This document shows, in pieces, positions 48,120 through 58,435 of a stretch of DNA of 64,000 nucleotides. The position numbers were made by a program, and so were the translations under genes. The first letter of the stretch is position 1; every line of letters begins with the position of its first letter. The DNA comes from Hyphochytrium catenoides (taxonomy: Eukaryota > Protista > Hyphochytriomycota), in the NCBI GenBank assembly GCA_900088475.1, contig FLMG01003138.1, positions 6,679 to 70,678 on the forward strand. The letters are read 5' to 3'. The notes beneath the pieces were generated by a model. The model had not been told where the DNA came from. It did not search any database and saw nothing but the letters and a program-made list of their open reading frames with translations.

Positions 48120-48820
48120 CACGTGATTGTTCAATACCAGGGCCAACCCTTGGAGCTGACAGAGAGCCAGCAATCGTCCATCGCTAGGAGAGGAAGTCCC
48201 TGTCAGACCGCTTACCAGACTGGCCTTCCTTAGCCGCCGAAGCCGTCTTCCGTGTGCGACACTGGGGGCAAGCCAAAGATCGGGAGACGAGAGGGGCGGA
48301 CAGTCCCAGCGCCAGATTTCCAGTGGTTGCCCCTCACGCCGAGCTCATTCCGCCGTGAGATGCAGCCTCTCAAATATTGTGGTATCTACCTTACCTTAGA
48401 GGTGGATTTGTGACACACTTTTGAGGGGAATACGGGCCATGGCTCTTTCCTTCACACGTCGGGCTGAAGCTGTCGTGAGGGAGATGTGGCTTGGTCTGAT
48501 TGGTGGCTGGACTTACCGGGTGAGGAGGTGCCTCTCTGCCTCTCCGGCCACTAGTAAGTCTTCCGATCCAGTTTATACTGTTAGGGCTACTCATGTCAAG
48601 AGGCACAGCACTTCTCTTCGTTCCACCTTTGCCCTGTTTCCCTCGCTCCATTGCTTCTCTCACTCTCAGTGGCACTTGCGGGCAGAGCGTTGCGTACACG
48701 AGGGGCCATTTCTGTCTCGGATGGTATGTTGACTGGTTATCACGTTCGGGTGGCCAATGGTCCAGTCACGGTGCTACTACGACGTGGCTGTGTGTGTGGC
48801 CCGATCTTGGGGTGACGTGG
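48120..48820. promoter_or_regulatory. Cluster of ACGT-core (bZIP-type) elements upstream of bZIP-A
   Basis: CACGTG 48120-48125, CACGTC 48455-48460, GACGTGGC 48781-48788 and TGACGTGG 48813-48820. Confidence 0.35.
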
Positions 48821-49312
48821 ATAAAGTAGGAGTGGTCATAAAGATAGCTACTTGATCTATCATGCTTGCTTCTGGGCACGAACTACTCTTTCCTCCCAAA
48901 AATGCGGTGTATCAGAGCTGGGAAGGAGGATGGAACAAGCTCGCGATGTAGATGCCTTCGGCTGCTACTAGTAGAGTTTATTATCCGCACACCAGCCCAC
49001 CAAATCCCCCGCGTTGATGTCAGGTAGTGGCAGGACTGGGCAACCTATCACCAATACTCTGTGGATTGTACTCGGGTCTCCCTTGAACCGATGTACTCTG
49101 TCTTTCCATGGATCCATCTCTTTCAAACGATCTCCTCCTCTCTCAACGCGGGTGTCCTCGTCTCCTGAATCCCTCTTGCGCTTGGGACAATCTCTCCTTG
49201 TGCCCCGTCCTGTGGAAAGAGGAGGAACAAGAGGAATACGAAGTGCAGCCAGAAACTCAAACGAAGTTCTTGGAGAACCATATCCATGCGAATAAGCAGG
49301 AGCTTGAGTGGC

Positions 49313-50460
49313 TGAAGGCTAAGCTTAAATACCTGAAGTAGAATGAGCTTCAAGAAGAGACGAAGGACAGTCGTCTAGGAGGAGATTGATCCAGGCCTTC
49401 GGAGGGGGAGGAGGAGGACAGTGAACGGGGTCACTACCCAGACATTCCACTTCGACGTTTCCCTCTCTTCTATGGCATGGATGGCGACAGAGGTACCCTG
49501 ACCAGTGTCTTCGCGTACTATCGAGACTTTGAGCGCAAGGCCAGGACCTATATATACAGAAGTTGGCCATCCTGGAGAATAGAGCTAGAGGTGCAGCAAA
49601 AGCTTGCTCCCGACGTACCAGCTCAACGACGGAAGGAGGTCATATCGGGAAGTGAAGCAAAGCTTAATCCAAGGGTACCTGGATGACGTGATGAGGGACA
49701 GGAGGATCTTATAGAGGTCGAAGAAGAAAGTCTAAAACGAGAGATACGCGAGGCCAGCAGCAAAGTCGCGGAAACGAACTCTGGTTGGGTGGAGCTGGTC
49801 TAATCTAAGGCTTCAATCATCCGGGAGTCCCAGTTCTTGACTCTATTCTGCCCATCACAAGTGCGATACTCTTGTGCGGTCAGGAGTCCTTGCCACAGTA
49901 GCTTGGCTGCCTTCCGGTAGTGCTCTGCTTCCTTCCTAGACGCAGTATGGCACCAGGGCCAGACTACATCTAGGATAATTGAAGCCTTAGGATAGACCAG
50001 CTGCACCCAACCAGAGTTCGTTTCCACGACTTTGTTGTCTGCCTCGTAGGATCCTCCTGTCCCTCGTCACGTCATATCCAGATACCCTTGGATTAAGCTT
50101 TGCTTTACTTCGCGATAGGACCTCCTTCCGCCGTTGAGCTGGTACGTCGGGAGCAAGCTTTTCCTGCACCTCTAGCTCTATTCTCGGGGATGGCCATCCT
50201 TCTGTTGCCCAGTGTACGCATAGATCCTGGCGCCTTGCGCTCAAAGTCTCGAAAGGACGCGAAGACACTGGTCAGGGTACCTCTGTCGCCATCCATGCCG
50301 TAGAAGAGAGGGAAAGCGTCGAAGTGGAATGTCTGGGTAGTGACCCGTCCACTGTCCTCCTCCTCCCTCTCCGCAAGGCCTGAACGATCTCCTCCTAGGC
50401 GACCGTCCTTCGTCTCTTCCCGAAGCTCCTTCTACTTCAGACTTTTAAGCTTAGCCTTCA
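49313..50460. repeat. Long imperfect inverted repeat of degenerate coding-like DNA (arms about 49313-49822 and 49973-50460, 150-bp spacer)
   Basis: The reverse complement of arm 2 aligns to arm 1 along its length (for example ggcatggatggcgacagaggtaccctgaccagtgtcttcgcgt). The ORF track shows the same peptide MDGDRGTLTSVFA on both strands. Confidence 0.95.
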
Positions 50461-51137
50461 ACCGACCTCCCCTGTTTGCAAGGTAGAACTGTGTGAGAAC
50501 TCTGTCATTGATGGTCTCCAGATTCTCTCGAAATCAGTCTCAGAAGTGTCTGGCAAATCTCTGAATCCATGCTTTGGCGGGTTGGACTTGATGCTTTGTA
50601 AGGAATAGTGGTGATGATGCCTCAACCCGCTAACGGCATGAAACTATAGCCAAGGAAGGTAGAATTGCTGTTTTGCACTCAGTCCGGCTCTTCTTGGTTC
50701 ACTGTCAATCAACAGTAGAGATTCTGATGAAGGTCGGACAGCTTCAGGACCAAAGTCGCTGTCTTCACCACTCCTTTAGTCTGAAAGCCATACAACTCTC
50801 TATTGAAATGAAGCGCAAACCTGCCAGGTTGATTGATGACGAGCTTTCCTGCTTTCTTGGCTCAGATAATGTCTCCCGCATTGAGCACTGTGTGATTCGC
50901 CTGCCCCCATGGCCAGGCTGAGGTTTCATCTTGATAAAGCGCTGCTTTGCAGTAGTTCTACAGAAGCAACAATTGCTTTTGCTGTTCACGAGACATTCGT
51001 CTGCATTTCGTTTAGCAGATCTTGCTCACCAGCTTCTCACTGCCCAGTAGCGCTCTCTTCCATAAGTCAAACTACTTCACCCGGCAGCTGCAGGTTGTCA
51101 CTAAGTATTAGACATCATGTTGCGGCTCCACTCTGAT

Positions 51138-52448
51138 ATGCGATGCAGTCTGTTTCTGCTGGTGGCGGTAATCCTGGTGGTCCCCTACCATGTGATGGCA
51201 GCCAACGATGTATCTGTGCTTTGTGCTAGCAAGACGATCCTCACGACAAACTGCACCGTACAAGGCCGAAAGGCATGTCTCCGACAACCAGCTTACGATG
51301 GAAACGGGTGCATGGAAATCGCCGTGAGTGTCCCTCTGGGTGAAATGCTGTAAGTAGAAAGGACTATGGACTCATTGGTCACCTTTCAAGCCTCGCCGCC
51401 TAAGCTACCCCCGGCCACCTCCGAGCTAATCATTCTTCTCTTTGGTCTCAGAATGGTTGGCAAGGGCAACATCACCCTGATTGACAGCCTCCCAGCAGGA
51501 CTTTCGCATATGTATGTATCCCGTTCTCTGCATATCTTCACCTGCAGCTTATGTTTGATTGTGCTGAAAGTGCCTGACGCCGCCCTTCGTTTACACTTCC
51601 CATTGCGTTCTGCCTGTAGCGATTTAACTGGCAATCCGCTCACATCGATCAGTGGAGTGACGTGGCCCGAGACTCTTCGAGAACTGTGAGTGTAGAGCTT
51701 CCTTTGGCAGATCTTCTTCATGAGATTGACACAAGGCTCATGTGTTGCATACCGCTTGTGCTTTACCCTTAGGAGACTTGCGAGCACCTCATTAACAGAT
51801 CTTCTCGGGGTCAAGTGGCCTCCAAACCTTCAGAATCTGTGAGTGTTGGCTACTTCCTTAGGTGCCTGGGGTAAAACTTGACGCTAAGTTTGGAATGTCT
51901 CATCACCTCCATATGGCAGTATTCTCGACCGAAATGATATCAAAACGATCAACGTCGAAGCCTGGCCTCAGACCTTGATTCAGCTGTAAGTATCTGCTTG
52001 CCATCCATAGTCTTGCTAGCGGTGTATTATCTGACGGCCTAACTTTCCTCCTACTCTCTTGTGTTCCCAGCTCCTTGCAGAACAACACAGGCCTCTCCTG
52101 CCTCCCGAAAGCGGTTCATAATAGCTCTTCTCTCTCGCTGTTGTAAGTAGCTCCCAAGCCTGCCATGTGTCTCATCCAAATGCCACTTGAGGTGACTGAA
52201 GGTACTGTCGCTCTCCAAGGTATCTTGGTGGCACAGCAGTATCTTGTGTCCCAAGAAGGTTTGCCGTACCAGGGAACCCTCCTGCTTGTGAAGGCGATGG
52301 AACAACGATAAGTTCCGCGTGCACTGATCCTCCGCAGTCTGTTAACGACGGGAAAGAAAAGAAGAAGTCGGGAGGTGTAAGAGCCATTCCAGTCCTGCCC
52401 CTTAGCATTGGGATCGCTGTGATCGCTATGGCGGCGGGCATGTTCTGA
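51138..52448 (+). CDS. Secreted LRR surface protein with a C-terminal hydrophobic (GPI-signal-like) tail, 7 exons
   Basis: Signal peptide MRCSLFLLVAVILVVPYHVMA, a Cys-rich cap, 22-aa LRRs (DLTGNPLTSISGVTWPETLREL; RLASTSLTDLLGVKWPPNLQNL; ILDRNDIKTINVEAWPQTLIQL) and the end AIPVLPLSIGIAVIAMAAGMF*. Confidence 0.8.
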
Positions 52449-53834
52449 TAAGGAAACATCATCCAACTGAGAGAGGCAGAAGCTATTTATATCCTCAACA
52501 GACGTTTCTTTCTAAAATTTATTTACCCAGTGGCCCGAACCCAGCATCTCCCCTTATTAGCTTTGGGACCTTGCTTTGCTAGCTCGTCCCCTGTCAAGCA
52601 CTGCCCTTGGCTGGCTTTTCCGTAGCTGCTATTAGCAGCTCTTTATTCTAGCAGTATGATTCGGCTATGTGTTAAGGCTTTAAGGACAGAGAGGTAATGT
52701 TGGGATGTGGGTTGCCAATGAGAGTGAGCAAGGAAGATCACGCCTCGTTGTTAGAGACTAACACTGAATGGGCGTCGTTTAGTTGGTAGTATTGAAGTGC
52801 CGGTCTGAGAGGTATGCTACTTTCAAAAAGAGAGGCAGATTGGAGGTGTAGGAAGGGAAGTGATCTCTGTCCAGAACGATAGCAGCCATAGCTTCTGCTG
52901 CTATGATTGAGCGGTCACTTCGAGTTTGCCCTCTGCACCCGTCCTCTCAGCTGGCGTATATAAAGACGTATATATAAACATAGATATATAGGCCCTCATC
53001 ATCACTTCTCCTATGTCGTCCGATGGAGAAAAGGGCCACACAGGAATGAGTCTATGTGGACTAACCCTAAGGCTCGAGAGTGAGAGGAGCTGCGACCAGC
53101 TTGGATGTTACGTCTTTCTCCGTTCCTTTCTACTCATTGCCACTTCGTGTTGACTAAGCGCCAGATTGAAGTCTACGGCTGAGTCCATAGTGTAAAGGAG
53201 CACTTGGGATTTTTGCCAGGGTGCCATTACTGAAGATTTTCCGTTGCTGTCACCTCCTTAGCTCATGCTGTTCTTCAGCTCTCAGATGCATAAGACGACG
53301 TACATTCTTATCCAAGCAACACAGAGCCGGGCTCTATGAATGGCGCACCTTCATGACGGAGCGCATTGGCTCTCCCAAGCTCCAATATCAGATGTCTCTT
53401 TGCTCAAGCATTGTTGCTTGGACCTTGGAGTTGCTTTGGACTCACCCGCAGACCGGCCGTTCGCCTCTGGCAAGTTTTTGAATGTCGTGATGGTGGCGGG
53501 AAATGAAGTTTACGAGGTGAAGGTTTCCATTGAAGTATTGGCTCTAACTGCTTACAAGCTAATGTTTAAGGTTTCCACGCAATGGTTCACTCTGAAAGAA
53601 ACTTATGCAAGGACCATTCCAGCGCATCAGAAAGACTGATGATCGACTGATCATGATTCTTGATGATAGGATGCAGCGCGTCAACGAGGCGGCGGCGGTC
53701 GCTACCCTGCCAGGCGCACAGGTGTTCTATCATAGCTGGCAGTGCAGCAGTTTGTGGGCCCAATCTCTAGTGCTGATTGGAGATGCTCGGCGCGCCCAGC
53801 CATAGATTCTATTGGGTTCATTAGCCATTGGGCG

Positions 53835-54593
53835 ATGGAGGAGTGAGTTCACAGGCAACTGGGAGCACATGGAACAATGCTGAAGGTACTCTCCTGCAGC
53901 TCTCTCAAAGAGGGTAGAGAGATAGGAAATGAAGCCGTCTGGTCTCTCTCGACAGCCAAACCCGGCAATGGGGTGGACCAAATTCGCGATGGTAACGTTT
54001 AATCTGCGCTGCTTACAAGGGAAGTGGAGGAGGATGAGGACCCTGATGGCCCCTCTTGCTTTGCCCTCTCAGACAACTTTGACACTTACTGGCAATCGGA
54101 CGGCTCCCAGCCCCATCTCATAAATATTCAATTCCATCGTAAGACAGTCTTGTCTGAGCTCGCCCTCTACTTGGACTACAAGTTGGATGAGAGCTACACC
54201 CCCAAAAAGATATCGATCAAGGCAGGATCAACTTTCCACGATCTGGAAGACATTGGCGCTTTGGAGCTGTCAGAGCCATCTGGATGGGTCTACATCCCAC
54301 TGGCACTTGAAACCGAGATGGGAGAAGAGGTACCGGCGTTTCCAAGAAAGCGTTACGTTTCTCTCTCATTCTAATCTTGCTCCGCCACTCCGTCGCCCTG
54401 CTGATGATGACAGGCCCCCATCAAGGCGCGAATGCTTCAGGTGTGCATCATGGCAATGCACCAGAATGGAAGAGACACACATGTCAGACAATGCAAAGTT
54501 TTCGCCCCAAGGAAGCCAGATATAGGTAACGCCCATATCAGTATGCCTCCTCCCACTAGCCTAGAATTTCAGATGTATGCTACGATCAGATGA
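53835..54593 (+). CDS. ANAPC10: Anaphase-promoting complex subunit 10 (DOC1), 4 exons
   Basis: [54 protein letters not shown] and the C-terminal IR tail FQMYATIR*. Confidence 0.95.
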
Positions 54594-55565
54594 CCAGGGA
54601 ACTTCAAAAGGCCTTCCTCTCATGTCACATAAATAATTTATTAGTGTTACAAGGCACTTGACAAGGTTGATCTTAACATCGCCCTGCCAGTCAGAGCTTA
54701 GACACAGTCTATCTGAAGGGTTTCTGGAGAGGAGGACAGAAAGGCTTTCCATGACAGCTCGTCGTTCACAGTGTGGCACAAGCAGTGGCTTCTCCGACGT
54801 TAGGGAGAGAGTTATTAATTGATAGGCAGGGGTTCGGGAGCATTTATAATTGGCGCCCCTTCGCCCCAACCTCTCGAGTGCTTTTGACTCGAGGGAGCAC
54901 TGCAGAGCCTCTGTGAACTCAAGACCATCCAACAAAACCTCCATCTCCCCTTCTTCTACCCAAGATAAGACATCCCCTAAGCTGAGGTCTGGTTGGACAA
55001 CATCAAGCGGAGTGATCCTCTGGCTGGCCCGAAGCTGTTCATTCTCTTGTTCAAGCTCCTGAACACGGTTAGTCAAGTTCTTGTTCGCAGCTGTTAGTTC
55101 CTCCACCATACGACGTAAGTCTTCCAGTTCTTGTCGCTTCCGAAGTCGAGAAAGCGCAGCTGACTCGCGATTCTTGATCAGTCTTTCCTCTTTTCTTTCG
55201 GCAGCTAACGTCGGAGACGCTGACCTAACTTGTGATCTTGACGACTTTGCAGTCGAATAAATAGTTGGTGTTTTGGGTTCAGGTACCGGCTTCTTGCTGT
55301 TTCCCAGGCCCCTGCGCTTGTTTCTCCTCTGGATGGCCTCGGCTCTTCTTTTTCGAGCGGAATCCTGTTTAGACATGCCGTCGGCAAGGGAGACGAGCAC
55401 TTCGTCAACCCTTACCGCATCCGGAAAATCGTCGCCATCTGAGAATACGCTCTCTAGCGAAGTGTAGTCACTAGAGAGACTAGAAACAGGTGATGAGCAC
55501 TCTGTGATGCTTGGTGAAGCTGGCACCTTCCATTCTTCACCACTCAACCCAAAGAGGTTGACCAT
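54561..55565 (-). CDS. bZIP transcription factor (bZIP-B); 3' end ambiguous (unspliced ORF stops at 54561, a likely intron 54870-54789 would stop it at 54698)
   Basis: Basic region EERLIKNRESAALSRLRKR followed by the zipper LEDLRRMVEELTAANKNLTNRVQELEQENEQL. Confidence 0.85.
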   Translation of the reverse strand: MVNLFGLSGEEWKVPASPSITECSSPVSSLSSDYTSLESVFSDGDDFPDAVRVDEVLVSLADGMSKQDSARKRRAEAIQRRNKRRGLGNSKKPVPEPKTPTIYSTAKSSRSQVRSASPTLAAERKEERLIKNRESAALSRLRKRQELEDLRRMVEELTAANKNLTNRVQELEQENEQLRASQRITPLDVVQPDLSLGDVLSWVEEGEMEVLLDGLEFTEALQCSLESKALERLGRRGANYKCSRTPAYQLITLSLTSEKPLLVPHCERRAVMESLSVLLSRNPSDRLCLSSDWQGDVKINLVKCLVTLINYLCDMRGRPFEVPWSSDRSIHLKF

Positions 55566-58435
55566 TGCTTATGTTGAGCCCCAATGCCACCAATGTAGTG
55601 TAACTCGTCTTCCGCTTTCTTCAGACTTCAGCAGTCTGAGGAGAGAACCTTCTGACAGGCGCCACAATCTAGGGCCAGGGGTTTGGGAAGTCTTGCTGGG
55701 AATGAGATCAATAGAGCTTGCTTCCTTCTTATGAGAAGCTTGGAAGTTTGCCAAGTGGAGCTCAGAGACGGGCATTGCCTTCCCTCAATGGGTTGCGCTC
55801 AATCACGCGGCGCTTTTGTTGACCAAAGCTCATAGACGCCAGGCTCTGTGTCGCACGCCTGCACCCTATCTGAAACATTCCTCCAGGAAAGAGTTTCATG
55901 GTATGTCTATTTAGGGAGCCTTCAATGTTTCACGAGGTTTGAATCCTTCCCACGAAACCTTTCCCTGAGTAAGAAGGCCACAGTGTTATTCCTCGCCAGT
56001 TGTATGTAAAGGGAGACAATGTGGACATGGGGATGGCTTAGTAATAGACAGTAGGTGCCAAGGTTGGCTGGGCTGATGAGTGTATGAGAGTAATAGTAGT
56101 GGTCACACTTGTGATCGGGCTGCCACGTGGAGGGCGGAGGGCGTGCCATCAGTGCCACAGCTAGTTCGAGTCTTTCGGACTGAGCCTCATCACAAGAATG
56201 ATCACAAGTGCAGAAAGTGCAGAGAAAAGCGATGGGAAGCCTTCAAACGTATCAAGGCTTTATTAGAAGATCCATTCAGAGTCTCCCTTGCTCCTTCCTC
56301 TCACGATTTCACCCATTGACAGTAGGCTCTGCACTAGCACAACCTACCGACCATTTACTCCTGTTCTTCTCCCTGTAAAATAAGTGGTTATGGTAAGAAA
56401 GAATGAGCTCTTCGTATCAGTGACCAAGCAGCAGTCCTTTGCTCGAATGCAAGAGCGCTCAGCTATCAGCACTCTGGAGCTAACAAAGCGCTAACATCTT
56501 CTACTGGGTTTGTAATCATCAGTGCCGTGGACCTGTGTTATTTATATGTGAGACCTCATCATCATCTTGTACCTCTCCTGCTCAAGTTTATCATCTATCA
56601 TCGGTGGAAAGCTGGCGCCAAGGCCGATACCCTCTCCTCGTTCAGCTCCTATCATAGCAGAGCATTACATGGGAATAAGAGGGTCTCCTATTTTTCAAAT
56701 AAATCTCTGGCTGTTTCTCTTAAGTGGACTGGTGTGCCTTGGATGTAGACGGGAGAGTCCTCGAAAAGTCATGCTCTTTGTTATTCTTCCTTCTCCTAGC
56801 CGTCCTCCTTGCCCGCCATTTACTTCTGTAGCTCGACTTGGCGCTGCACTGGCGGGTTCTTTGCTCAGTATCTGATACGTCACTAAATCTTTCCCAGAGA
56901 GGGCCTGCGGTATAACGGTAGCATCTTCTCTTGTCCTGCTGTACACTGATGAGATGTGAGATATTCCGCCACTTCCCAGACCAAAGGCTTGCCTGTTTCA
57001 ATATATCATGGCTTTTCTAAGATAAACAAAGCTTCTTTGGCCTTGCAACAAAGTTCAAGCAGGGTCGGAGCGGTGCAGTCGGTGGTGCAGCTCATTGAAT
57101 CATCAAGGGTAGGGAGAAGTTCGAAGGTGAGTGTCAAGGATTTTCTAGGACCGTTATTATCTCTGCGTCAAAGAGGTCTGCCTCTGGCTTGCTTCTCTTC
57201 TTCCCATCACCGCTTGATACAGAGATGCATCATCTTCTGGAACATCCCTGGATCAAAAGCCTTAGCTCCTGGAACACGTCGCTTCTGAGAAGAGCTTATG
57301 ATGGCTCTCTGTCTCCGTCCTAGGTTTCCTACCAGTATTAGAACTCTTTGCATAAAGCGTGCAGGCCTCTTGAAGAGGAAGTAGACTACGTTATGGACCA
57401 AGTGCATAAAGCGACTTACACATCGACACTGAGTTCCTATCTGGGATGTCGTCAACTATTTATCGCTTAGAGCATGTGATAGAGGTTTGTTCCTGCTGGG
57501 AACTATGGTTGACGAGAGTGCCCATGACTTCCTTTATAGCCAGCGCTTATGCTTCCAACGTCCAAGACTCAAGTTGTAGCTTTTAGTGGAGATATTGTTG
57601 CGCGGTTATCTCTGTAAACAGTCCAGGGCTAAATTCTCTTTAAGCTGACATGCCAAAGGTAGACATCGCATAGCTAAACCGCATGATGGCAAGAGGTGGA
57701 TGCGGAATGGGTAAAATTATCATCAATCTGCTAGTATGGGCTTGTGGCAGTCATCGACTCCATGTTCATGCTTCAAGTGCTTGAACAAAGCGAACTTCCG
57801 GGATAACTTGGTTCTCATAAGAGTCGGGGCGTGGGGGAGCAGAGATCATCCAGATGCCCAGCTGTACATCAATTGAACACCGCCGCTTGCAACATGTAAC
57901 CTCTGCCATGTGTCAGACCCGAGATATGATTCCTACAGTGTGGCTAAGTAGCCATCTATCGTCCAAGCGTGAGCCTAGGAACAACAGCTTTGGTCCGTCC
58001 GCCCATGAATCTGGTGCTAAGGAGTGACATCGGCAACGGCTCGTAGGAAGCTGAGGGATGGAAGAAGAGGAGTTCCTTTTTTGGGTAGTTGATGGTCAAG
58101 GTTCTCATTGAAGAAAAGGAAAGCTTCCTGATTGCGGAAAATATGGAAACCATTTATTCCCGTTTAAACAACACAGATCTTAGCCGCTGAAAGGTTTCTA
58201 AAATCAAATGCCTTGAAACTTATTAGAGTGATGTGAGTTTTTGTGGTGTGGATCTGGCGCGGATCCGCATTGAGCACACATGAAGCTTCAGAAGTCACAT
58301 GATGAAGTCTGACAGAGATCGAGCTATTTTTAAAGCATCGGTCCACAGCTGTCAGAGCTATCAGACCCTCGAGCTCTCTAGATCGTGGCTGCTCTTATTT
58401 ATAGACTTCTGCATTGCCCCAGCACACACATCACA

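Noticed and set aside
49313-50460. Foldback or MITE DNA transposon interpretation of the inverted repeat
   Set aside because: No TSD, outer ends that fade gradually, and coding-like arm content.
52948-53005. C/D snoRNA guiding the 18S GCGUAUAU region
   Set aside because: Only about 8 contiguous pairs, no terminal stem and a low-complexity TA-rich interior. Kept only as weak support for a possible ncRNA.
56200-58380. Short ORFs in the 2-kb intergenic region
   Set aside because: Frequent stops in all frames, and no recognisable domain, splice chain or terminal repeats. It could be decayed coding DNA, but I cannot support that.
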